Source: Candidatus Nanoarchaeia archaeon (GTDB taxonomy: Archaea; Nanobdellota; Nanobdellia; Tiddalikarchaeales; Tiddalikarchaeaceae). Taken from it: DNA of 64,000 nucleotides. The notes under the pieces were generated by a model. The model ran no database searches, had not been told where the DNA came from, and worked only from the letters and a program-made list of their open reading frames with translations. How positions within the stretch are numbered: the first letter of the stretch is position 1; the number at the start of each line of letters is the position of its first letter. The translations under genes and the position numbers were made by a program. Below are positions 38,343 to 47,578 of the stretch, one piece after another. The stretch covers positions 93-64,092 of the forward strand of contig JBAZFK010000005.1 in NCBI GenBank assembly GCA_041653395.1. The letters run 5' to 3'.

Positions 38343-39190
38343 ATAATTACATACATTTAGAAAAATGGGTAAATCATCAAGAAGGACCTAACGCATTAGT
38401 GCTTTATGGTGAAGGAATAAATTGCGACAGGGAAACAGCTTATGCATTAAACAAAGCAGGGGCAAACCCTAATGTAATGCATATTAATGAATTAACAAAA
38501 AAATCTGAAGTATTAAATAATTACCAGATACTAGTTGTGCCTGGAGGATTCTCATATGGTGATGATTTAGGCTCAGGACTAGTCTTTGGCAAAAATCTTC
38601 TAAAATTAGGAAATAAATTAAAAGACTTCATTGAGGAGGGTAAAGCAGTAATAGGAATATGCAACGGCAATCAAATATTAACTGTTGCTGGATTAATACC
38701 TGCATTGCAAGATATTATAGGTATACAGGAAGTATTCATGAGCAATAACACTAACGCTCGCTACACTTGTTTATGGAATCACTTAAAAATAGAAAACCAA
38801 ACACCTTATTTAAAGAATGTAAAAGATTTAATTTTACCCTGTGCTCATGGTGAAGGATTATACACAATGGCTCAAGAAACCTTGGATACATTAATCAAGA
38901 ACAAACAAGTAGTTCTTCGATTCACTAAACCTGATGGAATGCCAGCAAAGGGGCAATTCCCTTTCAGCCCGAATGGTTCTATGTATGATATTGCTGCAAT
39001 AACTAACACGAAAGGAAATGTCTTTGGAATAATGCCTCACCCAGAGAGATTTATAAACATGACACAACATCCTGAGTACGCGTTCATAAATGAAAAAAGC
39101 AAAAGAACAAAACAGCCACTTCCAAAAGAAGGGTCTGGGCTGCAGATATTCAAAAATATTGTGGATTACGCGAAGAATCTTAGCTTATAA
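38339..39190 (+). CDS. purQ: FGAM synthase glutaminase subunit PurQ (ATG 38339 overlaps the purL stop)
   Basis: G.NCDRET, PGGFSYGDDLG, GICNG.Q, AHGEG, PNGS, MPHPER. Confidence 0.96.
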   Translation: MNNYIHLEKWVNHQEGPNALVLYGEGINCDRETAYALNKAGANPNVMHINELTKKSEVLNNYQILVVPGGFSYGDDLGSGLVFGKNLLKLGNKLKDFIEEGKAVIGICNGNQILTVAGLIPALQDIIGIQEVFMSNNTNARYTCLWNHLKIENQTPYLKNVKDLILPCAHGEGLYTMAQETLDTLIKNKQVVLRFTKPDGMPAKGQFPFSPNGSMYDIAAITNTKGNVFGIMPHPERFINMTQHPEYAFINEKSKRTKQPLPKEGSGLQIFKNIVDYAKNLSL

Positions 39191-39314
39191 TACAATGATT
39201 ATTTATTCCAAAGATTACACCAAAGCCAAAAGGAGTTCTGAAGATTAAATAGCTGAGTACAATAATAATAATTGCAGGAATCCTGTTAATATTATATTAA
39301 AATAAATAAGTGAA

Positions 39315-39459
39315 TTTTTTATATATAGAAAATTCAGGAAATATTTATAAAAAATCGCTGTTTTGTTTGATTTAGCATATATAAAACTCACGCAAAAAGT
39401 GATAGCGAGTGACCTTTAGTTAGACGCGTGCTCTTAGCGGTCTAATAATAGTCACTCGC
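39315..39459 (+). repeat. Right-end/att repeat copy C: complete attP-like site with both inverted arms
   Basis: 13/13 match TGCTCTTAGCGGT (39429-39441 = 17251-17263), flanked by GCGAGTGAC (39405-39413) and GTCACTCGC (39451-39459); AATCGCTGTTTTGT at 39353-39366 = 17276-17289. Confidence 0.85.
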
Positions 39460-39685
39460 CCTTTCTCGTGAAGTTTAACTGTATCAAAAAAATGGGAAGA
39501 TTATAGTTCTAAAGTTAGAAATCTTATATCTTCTTATTGGGCAGCAAGTAAAAATTGTTGTTGTGTTTCATTATATTCAAATGAAATACCTAAAAATGAG
39601 GTAATTAAAATTTTCAAAATATTTTTTATTGGCAAATATAAAAAAATTATATTAAATAATATTAATTAATAATTACTTTTTTTTC

Positions 39686-39751
39686 CTTCTAAACAAGAAG
39701 AATATTAGGTATGCTACTGTTGAGAGCCAGTATCCTATTTCGAATTGTTTT
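39686..39751 (-). pseudogene. Remnant of the 3' end of the element AAA ATPase gene
   Basis: 66 bp with 2 mismatches to 21542-21607. Confidence 0.85.
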
Positions 39752-39833
39752 GTTTATAATAAGTTATAAATTAATTAAGAATGCTAGGTTCTACCTAGCT
39801 ATTAACTAAACAATTAGCTTCGCTTGTTAGTAG

Positions 39834-39854
39834 GGCTCGCTCTTCGAGCTCGCC
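39834..39854. repeat. 21 bp structured motif GGCTCGCTCTTCGAGCTCGCC, identical to 20162-20182
   Basis: Exact duplicate; both copies are preceded by a GCTTCGC motif. Confidence 0.85.
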
Positions 39855-39943
39855 TGAAGAGTGTTCCTAAAAAAGGATTCTATATTTGAAGGTTCTTTAT
39901 TAAGGGAAATAAGTTTTTAAATACATTTTTCTCTTTTTAAATT

Positions 39944-40210
39944 ATGGTAATAGATTATGTCAAAGAAAGCATAAAAGCAGGCAATCCTTTTGCATTACAT
40001 ATCTTTGCACGCGGAAATGAAACAGAAGATATGAAAATGGAAGCTTACAAGAACGGGCTTAAAAAAGAGATAAATAATGTGAAAGATGCAGTAAAAAATG
40101 GCAAAGACTCATTTATGTATGCAGCAACTGCAATAGAGTATGCAAAAAAGTTGGGAAAAGAAGAAGAAACTGCCAGTGAACTGGAAAAGTTGTGTGGCTG
40201 GATAAGATGA
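39944..40210 (+). CDS. Hypothetical helical protein
   Basis: 88 aa ORF with TATA-like box upstream. Confidence 0.5.
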   Translation: MVIDYVKESIKAGNPFALHIFARGNETEDMKMEAYKNGLKKEINNVKDAVKNGKDSFMYAATAIEYAKKLGKEEETASELEKLCGWIR

Positions 40211-40413
40211 ATAATAAAAGAGAATTTTATGACTCTTATAATTATTTATAATTTTCTCCACTTATAATCCTCCTTTGCTATCAGGCATACTCTGCTTGGC
40301 TCGTGCTCGTCTGATACTGGACTATCAAAAGATCAGATAGAATTAATAAAAAAATCTATTAAATTATTATATAAGTGAAAAACCCATGAAATATTTTCAA
40401 AAAATATAAAAAA

Positions 40414-40662
40414 ATGATAGAAAATAAAACAGGTCCAAGGGGACTAGGGCAATTAACAGGAAGAGGAATGGGTCCTTGTGGTTGCGGAATGGGTAGAGGA
40501 AGAAGATTCGCTAGAAATAGAGTTATTTCTGTGTCGCAGCCAACAATATTTCGGATTTTAGAGTCTGCAAGAAAGAAAGTGGCAACAGCTCTAACAAAAG
40601 GCAAAGCAATTAGGATAGAATTAAATGCCCTTGAAAGCAGCAAAAGCTCAAGATATAAATAA
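40414..40662 (+). CDS. Chimeric DUF5320-like N-terminus fused to a DUF134 (UPF0251)-like C-terminal fragment
   Basis: TGPRG.G..TGRGMGPC followed by VSQPTIFRILESARKKVATAL..GKAIRIE. Confidence 0.55.
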   Translation: MIENKTGPRGLGQLTGRGMGPCGCGMGRGRRFARNRVISVSQPTIFRILESARKKVATALTKGKAIRIELNALESSKSSRYK

Positions 40663-40672
40663 CTAGCTAAAT

Positions 40673-40864
40673 TCAGTGATTTTTTTCAAATCTTTTTTTC
40701 AAAGCAGTTGTGGGAAAAAGTGTTGCCAGTATCTGGCTTTGCCATTTAATAAATTTGTCAATGCACTTGGGGCAAACATTTATCGAATGAGTTTCATCAA
40801 TGACAAAATGATTAAAATTAGGATTATATTTTTCTATATTATTCCTGCACAAATCGCACTTCAT
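40673..40864 (-). CDS. Small zinc-finger protein
   Basis: CDLC...VCPKC. Confidence 0.6.
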   Translation of the reverse strand: MKCDLCRNNIEKYNPNFNHFVIDETHSINVCPKCIDKFIKWQSQILATLFPTTALKKRFEKNH

Positions 40865-40980
40865 AGTATTGCCTAACCCTTTCTTTGTTTATAAATTTGA
40901 AGATTTGCGCATAATTTTTGGTGTACATACATTTTTATTCTTGAGCTAAATAATTCTCACTAGTGGAGGTTTGAATATTT

Positions 40981-41184
40981 ATGGCAGGATTAATAAAATC
41001 AATGGACAGCAAAGTAAAAAAAATGAATGTATTGGATTTGGGATTAACAAAATTTGCAGTCATTTTTGTTACTTTAGCAGTTGCAAAATTATGGTCACCA
41101 ATATTATCCCTTGATTGGTATTGGTATTTAATGTTCGGGATAATTTTAGCAATAAAGCCATTAAGCAATTTTTTTAGCAAATAA
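40981..41184 (+). CDS. Small two-TM membrane protein
   Basis: D.GL.K..V....L..AKLW..ILSLDWYWY pattern. Confidence 0.6.
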   Translation: MAGLIKSMDSKVKKMNVLDLGLTKFAVIFVTLAVAKLWSPILSLDWYWYLMFGIILAIKPLSNFFSK

Positions 41185-41202
41185 AGACAGCCTTAATTTT
41201 TT

Positions 41203-41928
41203 TTATTTTATTTTTAAGATAAATTTTTTTGCTAATTCATCATTAGGATTAATAAGTAAGGCTTTTTTGTATAATTCTATTCTTTTATCTTTAGTTGTTT
41301 CTTTGTATGCCCTGCTTCTGTAGACTGCGCCTAATAAGTCGCTCAGCTTTGCGCCTTTAACCTCACCATAAGTTAGTTTTGAAAGTACTACTTCAACTTT
41401 ATAGTCCTCATAATTTTTTTTGTTGATATTTTCATCAGGAGTATCTGACACGCAATCAACATAATATTCTTTGTTGGATATTATGACTTTATTAAAAAAA
41501 TGAAGCCCTTTATTGTTGGTAACTAATTCAATATCTAGTCCTATTTTTAATGCAAATATTGAATAAATAGTTGTTAAGCCTATGCAATTGCCATTATAAT
41601 TTGTAACTGCATTGCTTAGTTCTGGAGCGTGCTTTTTTGGCATGAATTTGGAATAAACTGCTTTTTGCAGCGAGTTTAATTTTGCGTAATCATCTTTAAA
41701 ATTTATTTTTTTAAGTATCAAATCATATGCCTCAAAAAATTTAGTGTAATAAAAGTCTAGCTCTTTGTCTTTTATTCCGCTGACAGCAAAAGCATTATCT
41801 ACTAAGAGCTCATACCTATTTTTATTGTCTTTATTGTTCAGCTGAGTTAATACGCTTTCATAATTATTAATTAAGACTTCTTCCATTCCATTGTCAAAAT
41901 TCATTCGATTTTCATTTAACAGCATCAT
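41203..41928 (-). CDS. Transglutaminase-like (SirB1-type) cysteine protease fold with C-terminal TPR
   Basis: GNCIGL..IY...A...G, H.F, Y.D; terminal YKKAL.INP TPR. Confidence 0.6.
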   Translation of the reverse strand: MMLLNENRMNFDNGMEEVLINNYESVLTQLNNKDNKNRYELLVDNAFAVSGIKDKELDFYYTKFFEAYDLILKKINFKDDYAKLNSLQKAVYSKFMPKKHAPELSNAVTNYNGNCIGLTTIYSIFALKIGLDIELVTNNKGLHFFNKVIISNKEYYVDCVSDTPDENINKKNYEDYKVEVVLSKLTYGEVKGAKLSDLLGAVYRSRAYKETTKDKRIELYKKALLINPNDELAKKFILKIK

Positions 41929-41979
41929 TAAGGATACTTATTAATAAAATTAGCTTAAAAATCTTTTTATTTTGTAATC

Positions 41980-42789
41980 TTACAGCATCTTTATTATATT
42001 AAATAATGCAAACAATGTTGTTACTATGTAAAAATCCGGCTCTTTTAGACCTAATATTTTTTTGAAAGGATACTTGCTAGGCCTCATTATATTAATAAAT
42101 ATGTCCTTAAATCCGGTTTTCAGCTTAGAATAATGATTTATGCATTCTTTCAGGTTTTTTGTGAATCTTCTGAGTGAAGAGCGCACTTTTATTCCAGGCA
42201 CATAAGTTTTTAGCCCTAAAGGCTCGATATCATAGCAGTACTGCAAGTCTTCAGCAATTCCTGGGTCAGTGTTGAATCCTCCTACTTTGTCAAAAACCCA
42301 TCTTGGAGTGCAAAGTGACCAGCCTGCAAATGAAACAGTATTCCTTAAGCATTGGAATCTTAATACAGTGCTTAAAATTATTCTTCCTATTGCAATTGAA
42401 AGAATTTTTTTTATTAATGAGTATTCTCCATCATAATAATCCCAGTGCCCGCAAATGAATCCGACATATTTTTCAGTCTTAAAGACTTCATAGGCTTTTT
42501 TCACAAAATCTTTGGGATAAACAGTGTCAGCATCAACATTGATAATATATTTTCCTGAACTGTTTTTTATTCCAGTGTTTCTTCCATTAGCTATGCCTTT
42601 ATTTTTTTCAAAAACAATTTTGTCAGCATATTTTTCAGAGATTTTAACAGTATTATCTGTGCTTAATCCATCACATATAATTATCTCATAAGAAATGTCT
42701 GTTTCCTGATTTTTTAAGCATTTCAAAGCCCTTTCAACATATTGCTCTTCATTCAAAGTCGGCATTACAATGCTTATTACTGGAGCCAT
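41980..42789 (-). CDS. Glycosyltransferase family 2
   Basis: SIVMPTLNEE, DG.STD.T, G...GRN.G, VDAD, ED, RRF. Confidence 0.9.
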   Translation of the reverse strand: MAPVISIVMPTLNEEQYVERALKCLKNQETDISYEIIICDGLSTDNTVKISEKYADKIVFEKNKGIANGRNTGIKNSSGKYIINVDADTVYPKDFVKKAYEVFKTEKYVGFICGHWDYYDGEYSLIKKILSIAIGRIILSTVLRFQCLRNTVSFAGWSLCTPRWVFDKVGGFNTDPGIAEDLQYCYDIEPLGLKTYVPGIKVRSSLRRFTKNLKECINHYSKLKTGFKDIFINIMRPSKYPFKKILGLKEPDFYIVTTLFALFNIIKML

Positions 42790-42868
42790 ATTAACTATGT
42801 TTAATCATTGTTTTAAAAAACTATTTTTTTAGGCAAGTAATTTAAATAATGAATCTATAAATTAATTA

Positions 42869-43603
42869 ATGGATGTTAAAAAAATAGTTAAAACTCATTA
42901 TTCAAAGGTTGCAAAAACTGGATGCTCATGCTCCTGCAATAAAAAAGCTCTTGATGCTAAAAAATTAGCATTAAGCATTGGCTATTCAAATACTGAATTA
43001 AGCGAAGCAGGGATAGCTAATTTAGGGCTTGGATGCGGAAACCCTGTGGCTTTGTCAGATATAAGGGAAGGGGACACTGTGCTGGATTTGGGAAGTGGCG
43101 CAGGAATTGACTGTTTTTTAGCATCAAAAAGAACTGGAATAAAAGGAAGAGTGATTGGCTTAGATTTCAATTCTGATATGCTTAACTTGGCTAATAATAA
43201 TGCCAAAAAATTGAAATTAAGCAATGTTGAATTCATCAAAGGGGATATTGAAAAAATACCTCTGCCAAACAATTCAATTAATGTGATAATAAGCAATTGC
43301 GTGATTAATTTAGCTGTAAGCAAAGAAAAAGTGTTTAATGAAGCTTATAGGGTTTTAAAAAAAGGAGGAAGAATGTTTGTCTCTGACATAGTGCTGTTAA
43401 AGGAATTATCCGCACAGCAAAAAAGGGACAAACAATTAATCTCAGGTTGTGTTGCAGGAGCGCTGCTCAAAAAAGATTATTTAGAAATAATAAAAACTTC
43501 AGGATTCGTTGTTGAAATATTAAGTGAGGATAAGAAAATAAGCAAAGAGCAATACAATGGAGTTCCTTTAGAAAGCCTTAAAGTGAAAGCAATAAAGATG
43601 TGA
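42869..43603 (+). CDS. arsM: Arsenite methyltransferase
   Basis: LGLGCGNP, VLDLGSGAG.DCF, ISNCVINL, GCVAGAL. Confidence 0.92.
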   Translation: MDVKKIVKTHYSKVAKTGCSCSCNKKALDAKKLALSIGYSNTELSEAGIANLGLGCGNPVALSDIREGDTVLDLGSGAGIDCFLASKRTGIKGRVIGLDFNSDMLNLANNNAKKLKLSNVEFIKGDIEKIPLPNNSINVIISNCVINLAVSKEKVFNEAYRVLKKGGRMFVSDIVLLKELSAQQKRDKQLISGCVAGALLKKDYLEIIKTSGFVVEILSEDKKISKEQYNGVPLESLKVKAIKM

Positions 43604-43659
43604 TTAAATAGTTTTTTAAAAATATGAATTGTAATAATTATTTGGAGGTGCATATTTAA

Positions 43660-44010
43660 ATGGCAAAATCAAACTCAAAAAAGGTTGAGAAAAAAGAAGT
43701 CGTAAAAACTAGTGATGTTGAGTCAGGTAAAACTCTTGCAGCATTGTCGTATTTATGGATTGTTGGAGTAATACTTTTCTTTACTGAAAAAAATAATAAA
43801 TTTATTATTTTTCATGCAAAGCAAGCAACAGCATTGTTTGTAATAGAGACTGTTTTGATGCTAATACCAATACTAGGAATGCTTAGCATAATACCTGGAA
43901 TTGCAGCAATTTACGGATTCATAATGGCTTTGCAGGGAAGCGAAACAAAAATACCTCTTGCGAATGAATTAGGGGAAAAAATTGCTGAATTAATAACTCC
44001 AAAAAAATAA
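43660..44010 (+). CDS. DUF4870-like membrane protein
   Basis: LAALSY, FI.FHAKQA, ALQG....IPL. Confidence 0.8.
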   Translation: MAKSNSKKVEKKEVVKTSDVESGKTLAALSYLWIVGVILFFTEKNNKFIIFHAKQATALFVIETVLMLIPILGMLSIIPGIAAIYGFIMALQGSETKIPLANELGEKIAELITPKK

Positions 44011-44039
44011 CTAATTACTTCTTATTTTTTTTATTTTTT

Positions 44040-44765
44040 TTATTGGCTTGCTGCATAATTAATCATGTGCCTAAGAAGATAATACTGGCATTCTTCATTA
44101 TCTTCGCATAAGTCAGGATTAAAAACTCCAACAGAAGGCATGGTTTTTTGATACATTGCTTTAATATGGCAATAATACCATTCATCAACTCCTACGCTTT
44201 TTAAGGGATCGCAATCAGAGTCATTTCCTGAAATCATTGCTTTGCATGAAGTGTCAAAACCCATAAGATTAGTTAATTTATCGCAAATTGTTGAATCGTT
44301 CAATTTCCAAGCATAGTTAAAAATGCATTCAGTTTCATAATCCCCTGTTTTTCTCCTGCATTCTTCAAAAGTTTTTGAAGCCCTAGTAATATTAACCATG
44401 TAATCGCAGCCATTAGGAGAAGAAGCTAAAGAGCATATAGGATTATTTAATGAAGCCATTGCAACAGTTGTGTAACAATCATCAGGAACATAAGCAGCAA
44501 TGCTTTCGCAGGCTGATACATTCTTGTTCGCAGCTGCTGCATAAATCACACAATGAATATAATCATCTCCATTAAGCTCTGAGCAGAGTGAAGCATTATT
44601 AAAAGCTGCTGCGCACATTATCCTAACCTTTTCATCAAAAAACCCTAAGCATGTTGAAAACAACTCTGATTGTGATACAGTTGGCTCATCAAAGGAGCCA
44701 AGAGTATTGTTGCTAGTACATCCAGCAATAAATAAAACACTAATAAGCAAATACAAATATTTCAT
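44040..44765 (-). CDS. Cys-rich lipoprotein-like surface protein
   Basis: Lipobox-like FIAGC; repeated C...A......C..I......C units. Confidence 0.65.
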   Translation of the reverse strand: MKYLYLLISVLFIAGCTSNNTLGSFDEPTVSQSELFSTCLGFFDEKVRIMCAAAFNNASLCSELNGDDYIHCVIYAAAANKNVSACESIAAYVPDDCYTTVAMASLNNPICSLASSPNGCDYMVNITRASKTFEECRRKTGDYETECIFNYAWKLNDSTICDKLTNLMGFDTSCKAMISGNDSDCDPLKSVGVDEWYYCHIKAMYQKTMPSVGVFNPDLCEDNEECQYYLLRHMINYAASQ

Positions 44766-44837
44766 TAGTTAATTAATAACCAAGCTCTTAATTATAAATA
44801 TTTCATTAATTATTCAAGTTTAAAAAGATAAAAATTA

Positions 44838-45404
44838 TTAAAATCCGTATCTTTTCTTGAATTCATCAGCTTCTATTTGCAGCATTTCAAGTTCTTTATA
44901 AACATCGTCGCTTTTTTTTATCAGGTAAAAAAAATTATTCGTCAAAGCTCCATCAATTTTTGAAAGAACACCTAATTCTTTTGCTGCGTTTTTGAATTTT
45001 TCAACGCAATCAGAATAATGAAATCCTGAAACAATTAATTCTTCTAGAGGCATTAATTCTTTTATTATGCTTTTTTCGTCAGGATAAACCTCATTTTTGC
45101 AATGATTTCTGAATGTAACTTTTGAATTTATAAATGAATCAGTGTCTAAAAAATTAAAAATTTTTGAAAACAATGACTTATTTAGTTCCCCGCTTGGCTT
45201 GCTGAATCCTAAATAGGCTATTTTGAAGCCTTTTTTGCGGTAATCATTAATGAAATTATTTATTGATTTGATTTTAATATTATATTCAGCTATTCCTTTT
45301 TCTCTATTTTCAAGGCCTCTTTCATGATAATAGCTCCAGGCGTTGTTATGGATCTCCCAATTAACATACATAGTTATAGGGTATAAATATATGAAAAGCT
45401 TCAT
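44838..45404 (-). CDS. Hypothetical protein (possible isochorismatase-like fold)
   Basis: LIVSGFH..DCVEKF motif only. Confidence 0.5.
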   Translation of the reverse strand: MKLFIYLYPITMYVNWEIHNNAWSYYHERGLENREKGIAEYNIKIKSINNFINDYRKKGFKIAYLGFSKPSGELNKSLFSKIFNFLDTDSFINSKVTFRNHCKNEVYPDEKSIIKELMPLEELIVSGFHYSDCVEKFKNAAKELGVLSKIDGALTNNFFYLIKKSDDVYKELEMLQIEADEFKKRYGF

Positions 45405-45481
45405 GTATAAAAGCGTATAAAAATTTATTTAAAAACATTTTGATTAGCTCTTATTTTTTAAAAAGAAAATAGTTAAAAAGA

Positions 45482-47179
45482 ATGAATAATTTGCTAAAAA
45501 TAATCATGAAACATTTCATATTATTGTCATTAGTTGCATTAATGCTTTCAAGTGCTTATGCTGAGTATCAAGCAGATGTTTATTTTTTCTGGGGCGATGG
45601 CTGCCCTCATTGCGCTGCAGAAGAGCTGTTTTTAGAGTCCTTGCAGAGCCAATACCCTCAGATGAATCTGAAAACTTATGAGGTTTGGAAGAATTCAACA
45701 AACAGGGATTATTTTATACAAAAATCCAATGAATTAGGAATTAGCTCTGGAGGAGTTCCAGTTACAATAATAGGGGATAAACACTGGATAGGCTATACTT
45801 CTAGCTATGATTCAGCGATTATTGCGCAAATAGAGAACTGTATTAATGATGGCGGTTGCGGAGAATTATACACTAATGAGTCAAATACTATTTGCCTGCA
45901 CGCTTTTCTTACAGATGAATGCATACAATGCGGAATAGCCAACCAAACTTTTTCAATGCTTAAGGAAAAATATGGTATTGAGGTAGAAATACATAATTAT
46001 CCTTTAGAAAAAGAATTATATAATAACTTCAAAAAAACTTACAGCATTGTAAGCGCAGGATTCCCAATAGTGTTTTTAGGAAACTATTACTTGGCGGGAG
46101 ACAGCGCCATACAGAATAATTTGGAGTCCTTGGTTGTAAAATGCATTAATGAATCATGCATTTGCCCAATCCAAAACATTGAAGCTTATAGCTCTAATCT
46201 TCCTGCTTCAGGCTCAATGACTCCTGAGGATGAATTCTTAATCACGATTCCATTCATTGGTGAAGTTGATTTGTCGAATATGTCGCTTTATTTGGTGACT
46301 TTAATCGTTGCATTCATGGATGGAGCTAATCCTTGCTCATTATGGATGATTTCATTTCTTTTAGGAATAGTGATTTACACTGGCTCAAGAAAAAAAATAT
46401 TATTAATAGGCTTGACTTTTTTAGTGACGATCACTCTTGTCTATGGAATCTTTTTAATGGGCTTAATCAATGCGCTTTACTATATTGGTTATATATTTTG
46501 GATAAGATTACTGGTTAGTTTAATGGCATTAATTTTTGCAGCAGTTAACATTAAGGATTATTTTTACTATAAAAAAGGCTTATCCTTTACTATCTCTGAT
46601 GATGCTAAGCCAACATTGTTTAAAAAAATCAGAAATATTATGAATCCTGAAAATTCAATTAAAGCAGTAATTGCTGGCACAATAGTTTTGGCATTAAGCG
46701 TCACCTTAATGGAGCTTCCTTGCACTGCAGGCTTGCCAATGCTTTGGACTTCAATACTTGCAAGGAACAACGTAGTTGGTTTAGAATTCTTTATTCATCT
46801 GGCAATTTATTTGTTCATCTTTTTAGTAGATGAATTGGCATTAGTATTGATTGCTGCTTACACTTTGAAGATAACAAAGTTTGAGGAAAAGCATGGAAGA
46901 ATACTGAAGTTATTTGGAGGATTAATCATGGCATTCTTAGGCTTTTCAATGATTTTTATGCCAGAATTAACGGATAGCTTCATAAACCTGCTCATAGTAT
47001 TTATTGCATCATTACTTTTAACTGCAGGAATTAATTATGCTTACACTAATTTCAAGATTGAAAAAGTGAGCAAAGAGCCAATTGTTGAAAAATTAGAAGT
47101 TAAAAAAATAACTAAGAAAAAAACAACAAAAAATAAAACAATTAAAGCTAAAAAAAGGAAAAGAGGTGTGAATAAATGA
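45482..47179 (+). CDS. Thioredoxin/glutaredoxin domains fused to a CcdA/DsbD-type membrane domain
   Basis: Signal peptide, FWGDGCPHC, second CxxC (CIQC), DG.NPCS and ELPCT TM cysteines. Confidence 0.85.
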   Translation: MNNLLKIIMKHFILLSLVALMLSSAYAEYQADVYFFWGDGCPHCAAEELFLESLQSQYPQMNLKTYEVWKNSTNRDYFIQKSNELGISSGGVPVTIIGDKHWIGYTSSYDSAIIAQIENCINDGGCGELYTNESNTICLHAFLTDECIQCGIANQTFSMLKEKYGIEVEIHNYPLEKELYNNFKKTYSIVSAGFPIVFLGNYYLAGDSAIQNNLESLVVKCINESCICPIQNIEAYSSNLPASGSMTPEDEFLITIPFIGEVDLSNMSLYLVTLIVAFMDGANPCSLWMISFLLGIVIYTGSRKKILLIGLTFLVTITLVYGIFLMGLINALYYIGYIFWIRLLVSLMALIFAAVNIKDYFYYKKGLSFTISDDAKPTLFKKIRNIMNPENSIKAVIAGTIVLALSVTLMELPCTAGLPMLWTSILARNNVVGLEFFIHLAIYLFIFLVDELALVLIAAYTLKITKFEEKHGRILKLFGGLIMAFLGFSMIFMPELTDSFINLLIVFIASLLLTAGINYAYTNFKIEKVSKEPIVEKLEVKKITKKKTTKNKTIKAKKRKRGVNK

Positions 47180-47556
47180 ATTTTTTAAAAAATTTAATGT
47201 ACAGCAAAGACTATTTATGGGTTGAAGAAAAAGGTGACTTAGCAATTATAGGAATAATTGATTTGGCTGCAAAAAAGGCAAAAGAATTTGCATATATTAA
47301 TCTTCCAAAAAAAGGTGGCAAAATAAAAAAAGGAGATAACTTAATTTCCCTAGAAGCTGTGAAATGGACTGGCAACTTAAAAAGTCCATTAAGCGGTGAA
47401 GTTAGTGAAATTAATCTGCAGGCATATAATGAGCCTTCAGATATTAATTTAAATCCTTATAATACATGGCTTGTGAAGCTAAAAATGCAGGACAAAGCTG
47501 AACTTAAGGAGTTAATGAACAGCCAAAAGGCTTTAAAATACTATGAAAATAACTAA
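47176..47556 (+). CDS. gcvH: Glycine cleavage H-like lipoyl carrier protein
   Basis: YSKD..WV, IG...A......Y..LP, lipoyl-Lys motif LEAVKW, SPLSGEV...N, N..PY..W. Confidence 0.88.
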   Translation: MNFLKNLMYSKDYLWVEEKGDLAIIGIIDLAAKKAKEFAYINLPKKGGKIKKGDNLISLEAVKWTGNLKSPLSGEVSEINLQAYNEPSDINLNPYNTWLVKLKMQDKAELKELMNSQKALKYYENN

Positions 47557-47578
47557 AAAAAGGAGGAATGAATAAAAA

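Noticed and set aside
39191-39314. A further purine gene after purQ
   Set aside because: Only short broken frames with a hydrophobic tail; nothing assignable.
39419-39446. Classical integron attC (GTTAGAC ... GTCTAAT resemble R boxes)
   Set aside because: Box order is opposite to attC (RYYYAAC...GTTRRRY), the core is tRNA-derived, and the integrase shows no obvious IntI-specific insertion by eye.
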